A stretch of 64,000 bases of DNA from Pelagibacteraceae bacterium AG-325-E23. GTDB lineage: Bacteria; Pseudomonadota; Alphaproteobacteria; Pelagibacterales; Pelagibacteraceae. Both the position numbers and the translations under genes were made by a program. Below are positions 54,199-64,000 of this stretch, one piece after another. The number at the start of each line of letters is the position of its first letter. Position 1 is the stretch's first letter. Below the pieces are notes generated by a model. It had not been told where the DNA came from and searched no databases. It saw nothing but the letters and a program-made list of their open reading frames with translations. The stretch spans positions 30,553 through 94,552 of the forward strand of contig QBYG01000002.1 of the NCBI GenBank assembly GCA_003282945.1, read 5' to 3'.

Positions 54199-54960
54199 AT
54201 GAAAAAATATAAATTTCTAAGAATTTCTAAATATAAAAAACTTAGATATATAGCAAATAATTATAAAAAAAAACTTTACGTAGTTTTTTTACCTGGTTTT
54301 GCATCAGATATTGACGGTGATAAGCCAAAGAAATTTTTAAAGTTTTCTATTCAAAATAAACTTGGATTTTTAGCTCTGGAATACTTTGGTCATGGAAGAT
54401 CATCGGGAGAATTCACAAGAGGTAACATCACTAAATGGTCAAATGACGCGAGAATTACAATAAGTAAAATAGTTAAAAAGAATGACTTTATATTAATTGG
54501 ATCTAGCATGGGCGGCTGGATTTCTATGTTAATGCATAGATATTATAGTTCACAAATTAAAGGTTTTTTAGGAATTGGATCTGCCCCTGAGTTTCTTACA
54601 AGAATTATGTGGAAAAAATTTCCAAAAAAAACGAAAAGAGAAATTTTGAAAAAAGGTATTTCAAAAATTAAAAATGGTGATTATGAGTATTTAATAACAA
54701 AACAGCTAATTTTAGATGGTAAAAAAACCAGCAATAAAGTTCTAAACAGAAAATTATATAATACAAATCCTGTAACTATGGTTCATGGACAGAAGGATGA
54801 GGTGGTTCCAGTAATGTATTCGAGAAAAGTTTTGAAAATTTTTCCTAAAGCAGAAAAAAAACTACTAGTGATAAAAAATGGAGATCATAGCCTTTCTTCA
54901 AAAAAAAATTTAAATATTATTTGCAAAGAGTTAAAATCTATAATCAAAAAAGTTAACTAG
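54199..54960 (+). CDS. Alpha/beta hydrolase
   Basis: GHGRSSG, GSSMGG nucleophile elbow, HG.KD..VP, GDH.LS. Confidence 0.9.
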   Translation: MKKYKFLRISKYKKLRYIANNYKKKLYVVFLPGFASDIDGDKPKKFLKFSIQNKLGFLALEYFGHGRSSGEFTRGNITKWSNDARITISKIVKKNDFILIGSSMGGWISMLMHRYYSSQIKGFLGIGSAPEFLTRIMWKKFPKKTKREILKKGISKIKNGDYEYLITKQLILDGKKTSNKVLNRKLYNTNPVTMVHGQKDEVVPVMYSRKVLKIFPKAEKKLLVIKNGDHSLSSKKNLNIICKELKSIIKKVN

Positions 54961-57900
54961 CTTTTCCAACTAAACTTTTATTTGTAATAGGGTTTTCTAA
55001 TTTATTTAACATTTCTTTAGGGCAAACTTGTAAGAAATTTTTAATTTCATCATCAAAATTTTCAATAATCTGTGCTGATAAATTTGAATTAGTTTCCTCA
55101 TTGTGTTTTAGAACTAAATCTTTTAGATAGTTTTTCCAGTATTCTGTATCGGGAGTTTGCCAAACTATTGTTTCAGGATTAGCTTTTTTTGCAAACTGGC
55201 TTTTTGGGTCATATATAAATGCCATACCACCAGTCATACCAGCTCCAAAATTATCACCTACCTCTCCCAATATTACTATTGACCCACCTGTCATGTACTC
55301 ACAACCATTTGAATCACATCCTTCTATGACTGCAGTAGCACCCGAATTTCTAACAGCAAATCTTTCACCTGCCTGTCCAGCTGCAAAAAGATATCCTGAC
55401 GTTGCTCCATATAAGACTGTATTTCCTATAATAGTATTTTCATTTGAAATTAAATTACTTTCATCTCGAAGTTTAATCACGATAGATGCACCTGATAGAC
55501 CTTTTGCAACGTAATCATTTGCATCTCCCTTTAATATTAGTTTAAGTCCTTTAATACCGAAGGCACCAAAAGATTGACCAGCAGAACCTATAAAGTTAAT
55601 AGCAAAAGTATTTTCCCCTAATTTATTATTTCCAAATTTTTTATAGAGATTATATGAAATTCTTGTTCCAACAGCTCTATCTGTATTTTCAATTGAATAA
55701 ACATTTTCTAACGGCAATTTTCTGTTAATTAAACTTTCTATCTCAGGCCAAATTTTTTGGTCTAAAGTATCTGGTACTTCATTTATTATAGGAGTTTCAC
55801 AATATCTTTTGTTTGTGCCTGGATCAGCTTGAACAAATAAAGGATTTAAATCTAGGTCATCTAAATTCGGTGATCCTTTACTTACTTGTCTTAGTAAATC
55901 TGTTCTTCCAATTACTTCATTTAAATTTTTAAATCCTAAACTTGATAAAATTTCTCTAACTTCTTGAGCTATAAAAGAAAATAGATTTACTATTTTATCT
56001 GGAGTGCCAGTAAATTTTTTTCTTAATTCATCATCTTGAGTACAAACTCCAACTGGACATGTATTAGAATGACATTGTCTCACCATAATACAGCCCATTG
56101 CGACTAGCGCTGTTGTTGCTACGCCAAATTCTTCGGCTCCCATCATTGCAGCTATTACAACGTCTCTTCCTGTTTTAATTCCTCCATCTGTTCTTAATGT
56201 AATTAAGTGTCTTAATTTGTTTAAAGTTAATACTTGATTTGCCTCTGTTAGTCCCATTTCCCATGGAATACCAACATATTTAACGCTTGTTTGCGGAGTG
56301 GCACCAGTCCCACCATTATGACCTGAAATTAAAATTATATCCGCTTTTGCTTTAGCAACACCTGCAGCAATTGTTCCTATACCTGAAGAGGCAACCAATT
56401 TTACACCAACTCGTGCCTTTGGATTAATCTGCTTTAAGTCGTAAATAAGTTGAGCTAAGTCTTCAATTGAGTAAATATCGTGATGTGGTGGTGGTGATAT
56501 TAAGGTTACGCCAGGCGTAGAATGTCTTAATCTTGCAATTTCCTCTGTTACTTTAAATCCTGGTAATTGACCACCTTCTCCAGGTTTTGCTCCTTGAGCA
56601 ATTTTGATTTCAATCTCATTACAATTATTTAAGTAGTTAATAGTCACTCCAAATCTTGCAGAAGCAATTTGTTTTACCCTAGAATTTGCGCTATCACCAT
56701 TATCTAATACTTTAAATCTCTCTTCATCTTCTCCACCTTCTCCACTGCATGAAGCGCCTTTAATTCTGTTCATTCCCATAGCAAGTGTTTCGTGTGCCTC
56801 TTTTGACAAGGCTCCATGAGACATACTTCCACTTCCAAATCTTTTCATTATCTCAGTAATTGGCTCCACTTGGTCAATATCAATTGCCTCCTGATTTTTA
56901 AAATCAATTAAATCTCTTAAACTAATTGGTTTTAAACCATAAATACCCTTAGTATATTTTTTATAAGTTTCATACGAATTTGAGCCGACAGCTGCTTGTA
57001 AAAGATGAATTAATTTTCCTTGATATTGGTGTGTTTCACCATTTTTTCTATACCTATAAATTCCACCAATTGGTAAAATGTTTGAGTGAATATCAAACGC
57101 ATCTTTATGTATAGATCTTATTTTTTTTTCAATACCAATTAATCCTATTCCAGAAATTTTAGATAATACTCCTGGAAAATAATCTTTTACAATTGTTCTA
57201 CTCAATCCAACTGTTTCAAAATTACATCCACCTCTATATGAACTTAAAACTGATATACCCATCTTTGACATTATTTTTAATAGTCCAAGATTTACTGATT
57301 TAATATATCTGGTTACACACTCATCAAATGAGAAATTACCTAAAAGTTTTTTTGAATATCTTTGATGCAAACTATCAAATGCTAGGTAAGGATTAACCGT
57401 TGTAGCTCCAACACCTATTAATGTTGCAAATGAATGGGTGTCTAAGGCATCCCCTGTTTGTACATTAATTGATGCATAGCCTCTTAAGCCTAATTTTATT
57501 AAATGAGTATTTATTGCACCAATACATAAAAGCATTGGCATTGGTAATTTTGTTTCGGATATATTTTTATCAGATAAAATAAGTTGAGTATTACCCTCTC
57601 TAACTGCTTTTTCAGCGTTATTTTTTAATAATTCTATAGCTTCTTCTAAACTTTGCTCAGTGTTGAATGTACAATCTAAAATTTTATAGTTGTCTCCAAA
57701 ATACTTTATAAATTTTTCAAACTGAGTGTTTGATAAAATTGGACTATCTAAAACATAAATATTTTCCTCGGTAAGATTAGAAAAATCTAGAATATTTCCA
57801 AGATTTCCAAACCTAGTTTTCAAGCTCATCACTTTATTTTCCCTAAGAGAGTCTATAGGGGGATTGGTCACCTGACTAAAATTCTGTCTAAAATAATGAT

Positions 57901-59449
57901 AAAGAGGCCTGTATTTATCAGATAAAACTGCAAGGGGAGTGTCATCTCCCATTGACCCGGTTGCTTCTTTAGCATCCTCTGCCATTGGATGCAAAATTAA
58001 CTCCAAGTCTTCAAGGCTATAACCGAAACAATGTTGTATCTTTTTTAAATCAGAGCCTGAAAACTCACTTTTTTCATTTTCTATAGTTAATGATTTATCT
58101 AATTCGATTATTTGATTATTGAAATGTTTGTATTCTTTAGACAGATAATTCTTTATTTGATTATTTGTATAAACTTTTCCTTTTTCAATTCTCACACCCA
58201 AAATTTCTCCTGGGCCTAGTCTTCCTTTTGAAACAATTTTCTTCTCATTTAGGTCAATCATTCCTGTCTCAGATCCTGCAAATAGAAGTTTATCTCTTGT
58301 AATTGTATATCTAAGAGGTCTAAGTCCATTTCTGTCACTACCTACAATAACCCACTCATTGTCAGTTGCAGCTATAGCAGCAGGTCCATCCCAAGGTTCC
58401 ATTGTACTATTTAAAAAGTTAAAAAGTTGTTGATGATCTTTTGGAAGAACTTTACTTTTTTTTGACCAAGCATCTGGTATTAGCATAAGTTTTGCTAAAG
58501 GCGCTGAATGTCCAGAAATATTTAATAATTCAAAAACATTATCTAATGATGCAGAATCAGAATTACCAGCAGGGATAACCGGTTTTAAATTTTCCATATC
58601 ATCAAACAAAGGACTAAACATTTCCTCTTCGTGAATTCTCATCCAATTAATATTTCCTTTTAAAGTGTTTATCTCCCCATTGTGAGCAATTGATCTAAAA
58701 GGTTGGGCTAAATCCCAACTTGGAGCGGTGTTAGTAGAAAATCTTTGATGGAAAATTGCATAACGTGAAATGAAACGCTTATCTTTTAAATCTGGATAAA
58801 AATCAGATAAAGACTCCGCTAAAAACATTCCTTTATAAATTATTGATTTCGAGCTGAATGAACAAATATAAAAATTGTTTAATTGATTTCTTAAAGATTC
58901 TTTTTCAATTTTTCTTCGAGTTTCATAAAGAGCTCTTTCTAAATCTTTACCATGAATTGACTTATCATTATGAGTAAAAAGAACTTGTGTAATCTCAGGT
59001 CTAGTTTGTTCTGCCTTTTCTCCTAAAACAGAAGGATCCACAGGTACTTGTCTCCATCCATAAATATTAAAATTCTTTTTTGTTAATTCACTTTCTACAA
59101 TTGATCTGCATTGCTCTTGTCCCCCAAAGTCATTTCTTGGCAAGAAAATCATTCCCACACATAAATCTGAGTTATCATGCTCATGACCTGTTATTTCAAT
59201 TTTTTCTGCAAAGAAATCATTTGGTATTTCAATATGAATACCTGCTCCGTCTCCAGTTTTACCGTCTGCATCAATTGCACCTCTATGCCATACAGCTTTT
59301 AGAGCCTCGATACCATATTCAACTACTTTTCTTGATTTTAGACCCTCAGTTGATGCAACAAGACCTACTCCGCATGCATCATGTTCCATAGATTCATGAT
59401 AAACATGATTTTTTTTTAAAAGTTTGCGATTTTTGTTTTGAATATCCAT
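54953..59449 (-). CDS. gltB: Glutamate synthase large subunit
   Basis: HDACGVG, HQRFSTNT, HNGEINT, QGAKPGEGGQLPG, CHSNTCPVG. Confidence 0.98.
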   Translation of the reverse strand: MDIQNKNRKLLKKNHVYHESMEHDACGVGLVASTEGLKSRKVVEYGIEALKAVWHRGAIDADGKTGDGAGIHIEIPNDFFAEKIEITGHEHDNSDLCVGMIFLPRNDFGGQEQCRSIVESELTKKNFNIYGWRQVPVDPSVLGEKAEQTRPEITQVLFTHNDKSIHGKDLERALYETRRKIEKESLRNQLNNFYICSFSSKSIIYKGMFLAESLSDFYPDLKDKRFISRYAIFHQRFSTNTAPSWDLAQPFRSIAHNGEINTLKGNINWMRIHEEEMFSPLFDDMENLKPVIPAGNSDSASLDNVFELLNISGHSAPLAKLMLIPDAWSKKSKVLPKDHQQLFNFLNSTMEPWDGPAAIAATDNEWVIVGSDRNGLRPLRYTITRDKLLFAGSETGMIDLNEKKIVSKGRLGPGEILGVRIEKGKVYTNNQIKNYLSKEYKHFNNQIIELDKSLTIENEKSEFSGSDLKKIQHCFGYSLEDLELILHPMAEDAKEATGSMGDDTPLAVLSDKYRPLYHYFRQNFSQVTNPPIDSLRENKVMSLKTRFGNLGNILDFSNLTEENIYVLDSPILSNTQFEKFIKYFGDNYKILDCTFNTEQSLEEAIELLKNNAEKAVREGNTQLILSDKNISETKLPMPMLLCIGAINTHLIKLGLRGYASINVQTGDALDTHSFATLIGVGATTVNPYLAFDSLHQRYSKKLLGNFSFDECVTRYIKSVNLGLLKIMSKMGISVLSSYRGGCNFETVGLSRTIVKDYFPGVLSKISGIGLIGIEKKIRSIHKDAFDIHSNILPIGGIYRYRKNGETHQYQGKLIHLLQAAVGSNSYETYKKYTKGIYGLKPISLRDLIDFKNQEAIDIDQVEPITEIMKRFGSGSMSHGALSKEAHETLAMGMNRIKGASCSGEGGEDEERFKVLDNGDSANSRVKQIASARFGVTINYLNNCNEIEIKIAQGAKPGEGGQLPGFKVTEEIARLRHSTPGVTLISPPPHHDIYSIEDLAQLIYDLKQINPKARVGVKLVASSGIGTIAAGVAKAKADIILISGHNGGTGATPQTSVKYVGIPWEMGLTEANQVLTLNKLRHLITLRTDGGIKTGRDVVIAAMMGAEEFGVATTALVAMGCIMVRQCHSNTCPVGVCTQDDELRKKFTGTPDKIVNLFSFIAQEVREILSSLGFKNLNEVIGRTDLLRQVSKGSPNLDDLDLNPLFVQADPGTNKRYCETPIINEVPDTLDQKIWPEIESLINRKLPLENVYSIENTDRAVGTRISYNLYKKFGNNKLGENTFAINFIGSAGQSFGAFGIKGLKLILKGDANDYVAKGLSGASIVIKLRDESNLISNENTIIGNTVLYGATSGYLFAAGQAGERFAVRNSGATAVIEGCDSNGCEYMTGGSIVILGEVGDNFGAGMTGGMAFIYDPKSQFAKKANPETIVWQTPDTEYWKNYLKDLVLKHNEETNSNLSAQIIENFDDEIKNFLQVCPKEMLNKLENPITNKSLVGKAS

Positions 59450-60882
59450 TATGCAACCTTCATTTTTTGTTTTGATTGAAGATAGCTTTCAATTGAAGCC
59501 GCAGCATCTCTACCGTCTTTAATAGCCCATACAACTAATGAGGCTCCTCTTACTATGTCTCCAGCAGCAAATATACCTGGTATACTAGTCTCCAAGGTAT
59601 CAAAGTCAGCTTTTATTGTTCCCCACTGTGAAACTTGTAATCTAGGTTCCTGAAATAGAACTGGTAAATCTTCTGGATCAAAACCTAAGGATTTAATTAC
59701 CAAATCAGCATTAATTTCAAATTCTGAGTTTTCTTCTGCAACAGGTCTTCTTCTACCACTTTCATCTGGATCTGTTAATTTCATTTTATCTACAATAATA
59801 CTATTTACTTTATTAGTTCCTCTAAACACTTTTGGATTACTTAACCAAATAAATTCTACACCTTCCTCCTCAGCATTTCCTACTTCTCTCGCTGATCCAG
59901 GCATATTTTCTCTATCTCTTCTGTAAAGGCATTTTACAGATTTGGCTTTTTGTCTTACTGATGTTCTTACGCAGTCCATTGCCGTGTCTCCGCCACCAAT
60001 TACTACTACATCTTTACCTTCGGCATTTAATGTTCCGTTATCAAACATTTCGACTTTATCGCCTAAGCCTTTTTTGTTTGAAGCTGTTAAGAATTCCATT
60101 GCAGGAAAAATATTACTTAGATCATTTCCAGGTAAGTTAACCTCTCTTGCTTTGTAAACACCTGTTGAAATTAATAAGGCATCATGTTTTGATTGTAATT
60201 CTTTCAATGTAGAGTCTTTACCAACCTCAAAATTATGAACAAATTTTATTCCACCTTCTTTTAAAAGTTTAATTCTTCTCTCAACCACATGTTTTTCTAA
60301 TTTAAAATTTGGTATTCCATATATTAACAATCCACCTGCTCTGTCATACCGATCATATATTGTTATTTTATATCCCTTTTTACGTAATTCTTCACCACAA
60401 GCTAATCCTGCGGGGCCTGCTCCAATAATTCCAACACTTTGTTCATTTTCAATTTTTACATTTATTGGTTTTACCCAGCCATTTTCCCACGCTTTATCTG
60501 TTAAATATTTTTCAACTGAACCAATTGTTACTGTTCCATGTCCTGATTGCTCAATTACACAGTTTCCTTCACATAACCTATCTTGTGGGCATATTCTTCC
60601 ACAAACTTCCGGCATATTATTGGTACTTTGGGATAGATGGTAAGCTTCTTCATACCTTCCCTCTGCAGTTAACTTTAACCAATCAGGTATATTGTTACTT
60701 AATGGACAGTGAACCTGACAAAAAGGAACACCGCACTGTGAACACCTGCTCGATTGTTCTTTAGCTTTTTCATGAATAAACTCTTGATAAATCTCTCCAA
60801 AATCCTCTTTTCTCTTAGATTTATCTCTTTTAGGTGGATTTTGTTGACCTATATCCACAAACTTAAGCATTTTATTTGTCAT
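59449..60882 (-). CDS. gltD: Glutamate synthase small subunit
   Basis: RCSQCGVPFC..CP, GRICPQDRLCEG.C, GGGDTAMDC, GASLVVWAI; ATG 60882 preferred. Confidence 0.97.
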   Translation of the reverse strand: MTNKMLKFVDIGQQNPPKRDKSKRKEDFGEIYQEFIHEKAKEQSSRCSQCGVPFCQVHCPLSNNIPDWLKLTAEGRYEEAYHLSQSTNNMPEVCGRICPQDRLCEGNCVIEQSGHGTVTIGSVEKYLTDKAWENGWVKPINVKIENEQSVGIIGAGPAGLACGEELRKKGYKITIYDRYDRAGGLLIYGIPNFKLEKHVVERRIKLLKEGGIKFVHNFEVGKDSTLKELQSKHDALLISTGVYKAREVNLPGNDLSNIFPAMEFLTASNKKGLGDKVEMFDNGTLNAEGKDVVVIGGGDTAMDCVRTSVRQKAKSVKCLYRRDRENMPGSAREVGNAEEEGVEFIWLSNPKVFRGTNKVNSIIVDKMKLTDPDESGRRRPVAEENSEFEINADLVIKSLGFDPEDLPVLFQEPRLQVSQWGTIKADFDTLETSIPGIFAAGDIVRGASLVVWAIKDGRDAAASIESYLQSKQKMKVA

Positions 60883-60932
60883 TTGAGTCGGCTTATACAA
60901 CAGAAGCTTAAATCCTTAAAGTATTACTAGGT

Positions 60933-60952
60933 AATATATGCTGACATATATT
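60933..60952. promoter_or_regulatory. Palindrome AATATATG-CTGA-CATATATT in the gltD/uppP divergent region (candidate operator)
   Basis: Perfect 8-bp inverted repeat ~50 bp upstream of gltD; AT-rich, so weak. Confidence 0.3.
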
Positions 60953-61060
60953 TTCGAAAAACATTGATTTTTCTATATTTTCTATTTTACGCATAGTTGA
61001 TATGCATTTAAATGATTGCCTTATTTACGGAATCTTTTAACTATCTATTGAGAGTCCTTA

Positions 61061-61828
61061 ATGATTTCAAAATATATAGAAGCATCAATTTTAGCATTTG
61101 TACAAGGTTTTTCGGAATTTATACCAGTAAGTTCCTCTGCCCACCTTATAATAATATCAAAAATATCGAACTTTAGTATTAGTTCGCTTCAACTTGATAT
61201 CAGTCTTCACTTAGGTTCCCTTTTGGCAATTATTTTTTATTTTAGAAAGGATTTAGTAAATATTTTAAGAAATAAGTCTTTATTATTACTTATAATTTTA
61301 GGTTCTTTTCCATTAGTTGTTGTTGGTTATTTTATTTATACCTCAGGACTGATTGAAAATTTAAGAAGTTTAAAAGTTATAGCATGGACGACTTTAATAT
61401 TTGGTATTTTATTATTTATTGCAGACCGATCTAGTATTGAAAATAAAATTGATAACAGTTTAAGTTTAAAAAATATTTTAATCATTGGTATTTTTCAAAT
61501 TTTAGCTGTTATACCTGGTGTAAGCAGATCAGGTATAATAATTACAGCTTCAAGGTTTTTAAATTTCGATAGAGTAGATTCTTCAAAAATATCTTTTTAC
61601 TTATCAATACCTGCATTAGCGGGAGCAAGTATACTTAGTTTGAAAGATTTGATGAATGCAAATATAGATTTGAATATATTATTTTTATATTCAATAATAT
61701 TTTCATTTATAGTTTCTTATTTAACAATCAAATATTTTTTAATTTATGTAAAAAATTTTAGTTTAAATATTTTTGTTTATTACAGAACTTTTCTTGCTTT
61801 AATTATTTTTGTAATTGCTTATAGCTAA
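61061..61828 (+). CDS. uppP: Undecaprenyl-diphosphate phosphatase
   Basis: QGFSEFIPVSSSAH, HLGS, PGVSRSG, SFYLSIP. Confidence 0.95.
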   Translation: MISKYIEASILAFVQGFSEFIPVSSSAHLIIISKISNFSISSLQLDISLHLGSLLAIIFYFRKDLVNILRNKSLLLLIILGSFPLVVVGYFIYTSGLIENLRSLKVIAWTTLIFGILLFIADRSSIENKIDNSLSLKNILIIGIFQILAVIPGVSRSGIIITASRFLNFDRVDSSKISFYLSIPALAGASILSLKDLMNANIDLNILFLYSIIFSFIVSYLTIKYFLIYVKNFSLNIFVYYRTFLALIIFVIAYS

Positions 61829-62709
61829 TTTTTAGAACTAGGTGAAATTTGAGAAGAAATTACTGCAATCAATATTAATAAACATCCAATCATGTTATTA
61901 GTACTTAAAAATTGATTGAGAATAATCCATCCTGCTATAGCTGCAAATACTCCCTCAAGAGAATAAATAATTGCTGCTGGTGCCTCTTCTATGTTTTTTT
62001 GAGCATACATTTGTAATGTAAATGCTATACCGCCTGATAATGCTCCTGCGTAAATAATAGAACTACTTTCCATTAATATTTTTGAAATATTTATTTCTTC
62101 AAAAATAAAAGAGAAGATTAATGAAAGTGTTGCAACAAATAATGCTTGAAGTGCAGCATAAAACATTGGAATATTAAATTCTTCCATGAACTTACCTGCA
62201 AAAATTATATGTAAAGCCCAAAATACTGAGCACAATATAACTAGACCATCACCTAACATAATTTCTGAGTTAGAAAAATCACTTAGAAGGTATACACCAA
62301 GGATACAAAGACCAATTGCTGGCCATATACTCCAATGAACTTTTTTAGAGTAGATGAAAAATAACAAAATTGGAACTATCGGTACGTAAAATACTGTAAA
62401 AAAAGCTGCATTTGCAATATTTGTATATTGGAGAGCAGTTTGTTGTAAAAAAGTTCCCAAAAACAGGGATGCTCCCATGAAAACTAAATATTTTATAAAA
62501 AGTTTTGATTTTGAAAGTATTTCTAGTTTAATTTTATTCCTCTCAAATAATAAGGCAAGTGGTAATATTGTAAAAAAGCCAACAATAAATCTTGCTGAAT
62601 TAAAAGTTAATGGACCGATATTATCCATGCCTGTGTCTTGAGCGATGAAAGCTGTTCCCCAAATAAAAGTTGTGACTAGTGCGCAGACCATTGAAAGGGA
62701 TTTTGTCAT
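61825..62709 (-). CDS. DMT/EamA-family transporter
   Basis: About 10 TM helices; IWGTAF.AQ, AAII.SLE.VFA. Confidence 0.9.
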   Translation of the reverse strand: MTKSLSMVCALVTTFIWGTAFIAQDTGMDNIGPLTFNSARFIVGFFTILPLALLFERNKIKLEILSKSKLFIKYLVFMGASLFLGTFLQQTALQYTNIANAAFFTVFYVPIVPILLFFIYSKKVHWSIWPAIGLCILGVYLLSDFSNSEIMLGDGLVILCSVFWALHIIFAGKFMEEFNIPMFYAALQALFVATLSLIFSFIFEEINISKILMESSSIIYAGALSGGIAFTLQMYAQKNIEEAPAAIIYSLEGVFAAIAGWIILNQFLSTNNMIGCLLILIAVISSQISPSSKN

Positions 62710-62735
62710 TATATTTAATTAGATAATTTTATTAA

Positions 62736-63836
62736 TTAATTTATTCCGTTTAACTTACAAGAGCTGTCAAAATCCTCTTTGTTAATATAACATCCAGACA
62801 TTTTTCTAACTCCATTAAACGATCCTCTGCCATGAAGTATTCGCCAATTATTAAATATTAGAAGTTCTCCAGGTTTAAGGATATGTCGCCACTGATAATC
62901 TTTATTGTTAGCAATAAGATCAAATTTTTTTATCGCTTCATAAAACTTTAATGTTAAATCTTTTTCAAATCTAAATGGTGCTCGATCATAATTATTAAAA
63001 CTAACTTGAACTATTTCATTATTTTCATTTAACTTAAATATTGGTCTTTCAGCCTCAAGATAGACACCATCACCAATATAATTTCCCTTAACATTTATTT
63101 TTGTCATTAATTCATACATCGGCTGGTTTTCTTTTTTTATTGTTTCTGCTATTTTTAATCCATCAACCATAATCGATTCACCACCTCTAGCATTATATTC
63201 ACAACATAGTAATAATTGTAATCCTGGAGCGTCATTACTATATGTTGAGTCTGTATGAGGTCTTAGTTCTTCTTGAGTGTATGCACTATCGGCTTTATTT
63301 TCATCTGATTCAAAGCTCCATAGTCCTCCAAATATAGAGTTTCTTACGTAACCAATTCTATTTGCAATTGTTTCTACAGACTTTAAATTGGTTTCACAGT
63401 TTTTAATTACTGAAAATCCATAGTCATGAATATTTTTCAAAAAATTTCTAAATCCTTCATTTGATAAAATTGAACTATAATCCAAAAAAATTTCCTCTTT
63501 TACTTCATTAGCTTTCCAGATTTTTAAATTAGATTTTACTTCTTTTTTTTTTTTTATTTTATTATTAGTTAGAAATTCAGATGAATATTTAACTGGTTTT
63601 TCTAAATCAGGCCATGAGACACACAAATATTTTCCATTTTCAATTATTTCTGCCTTTTTAACTTTTAAATTTATATCTAATGCTGCTGTATATGTTTTTC
63701 TTTGGCTAGACCTTTTATCCCAATTTTGCTCATCTTTTGCATGATCTCTTAGCCAAATATTAGGAAAAATTTCAGAATTTTCTCCATTAAAGTGGACGTG
63801 CACATCATCTGCTAGTATTTCAATTTTAGTAATCAT
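62736..63836 (-). CDS. Fe(II)/2-oxoglutarate dioxygenase, gamma-butyrobetaine/trimethyllysine hydroxylase family
   Basis: WLRDH N-domain, HTD..Y, PGLQLL, GGES..VDG, FNNYDR, NWRILHGR, GCY. Confidence 0.88.
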   Translation of the reverse strand: MITKIEILADDVHVHFNGENSEIFPNIWLRDHAKDEQNWDKRSSQRKTYTAALDINLKVKKAEIIENGKYLCVSWPDLEKPVKYSSEFLTNNKIKKKKEVKSNLKIWKANEVKEEIFLDYSSILSNEGFRNFLKNIHDYGFSVIKNCETNLKSVETIANRIGYVRNSIFGGLWSFESDENKADSAYTQEELRPHTDSTYSNDAPGLQLLLCCEYNARGGESIMVDGLKIAETIKKENQPMYELMTKINVKGNYIGDGVYLEAERPIFKLNENNEIVQVSFNNYDRAPFRFEKDLTLKFYEAIKKFDLIANNKDYQWRHILKPGELLIFNNWRILHGRGSFNGVRKMSGCYINKEDFDSSCKLNGIN

Positions 63837-64000
63837 TTACTCAAGTTATATGCAAAATTAGACCCAAGATTATCTTTTAATTCGTTATTAAACTTCGCAG
63901 CCTCAGCACCATCTATAATTCTGTGATCATATGAGAGAGATAGTGGAAGCATAGTTCTTGGAACAAATTTACCATCAATAAATACCTGTTTTTTATAACT
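63833..64000 (-). CDS. aceF: C-terminal end of dihydrolipoamide acyltransferase (E2), probably pyruvate dehydrogenase
   Basis: Minus strand reads ...FVPRTMLPLSLSYDHRIIDGAEAAKF...*; TGA overlaps the dioxygenase ATG. Confidence 0.85.
   Translation of the reverse strand, partial: SYKKQVFIDGKFVPRTMLPLSLSYDHRIIDGAEAAKFNNELKDNLGSNFAYNLSK

Overview
Very AT-rich, tightly packed alphaproteobacterial chromosome segment. Gene content, order and near-absent intergenic space point to SAR11/Pelagibacterales (inference, no search run). Most of it is housekeeping: cmk-rpsA-ihfB-pyrF-trpFBA-accD-folC; tRNA-His-hisS-hisZ-hisG; dcd-murA-hisD-infA; rpmH-rnpA-yidD-yidC-argB-dapD-dapE; def-fmt-truA; aroKB; cobST; regB; gyrB; thrS-infC-rpmI-rplT-pheST-lepA; gltDB; partial aceF. 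There are four tRNAs (His, Phe, Thr, Ser). The clearest accessory feature is a ~1.5-kb integrase-free mini-island at tRNA-Ser(GGA). It is bounded by an exact 83-bp direct repeat, has paired 11-bp-period TGGCGTC motifs inside each end (candidate integrase arm sites), and encodes a T5orf172/GIY-YIG-like protein plus a small WYL-like protein, so it is a candidate mobilisable defence cassette. Also notable: a three-nuclease cluster (RmuC, phage/MGME1-like PD-(D/E)XK exonuclease, ExoI) where AddAB usually sits; an adjacent HDAC-family/SET-domain pair; core enzymes with substituted signature residues (Cmk P-loop Lys, TrpB active site, RegB H+1); and several small ORFs missed by the ORF track. All family assignments come from motif recognition by eye.
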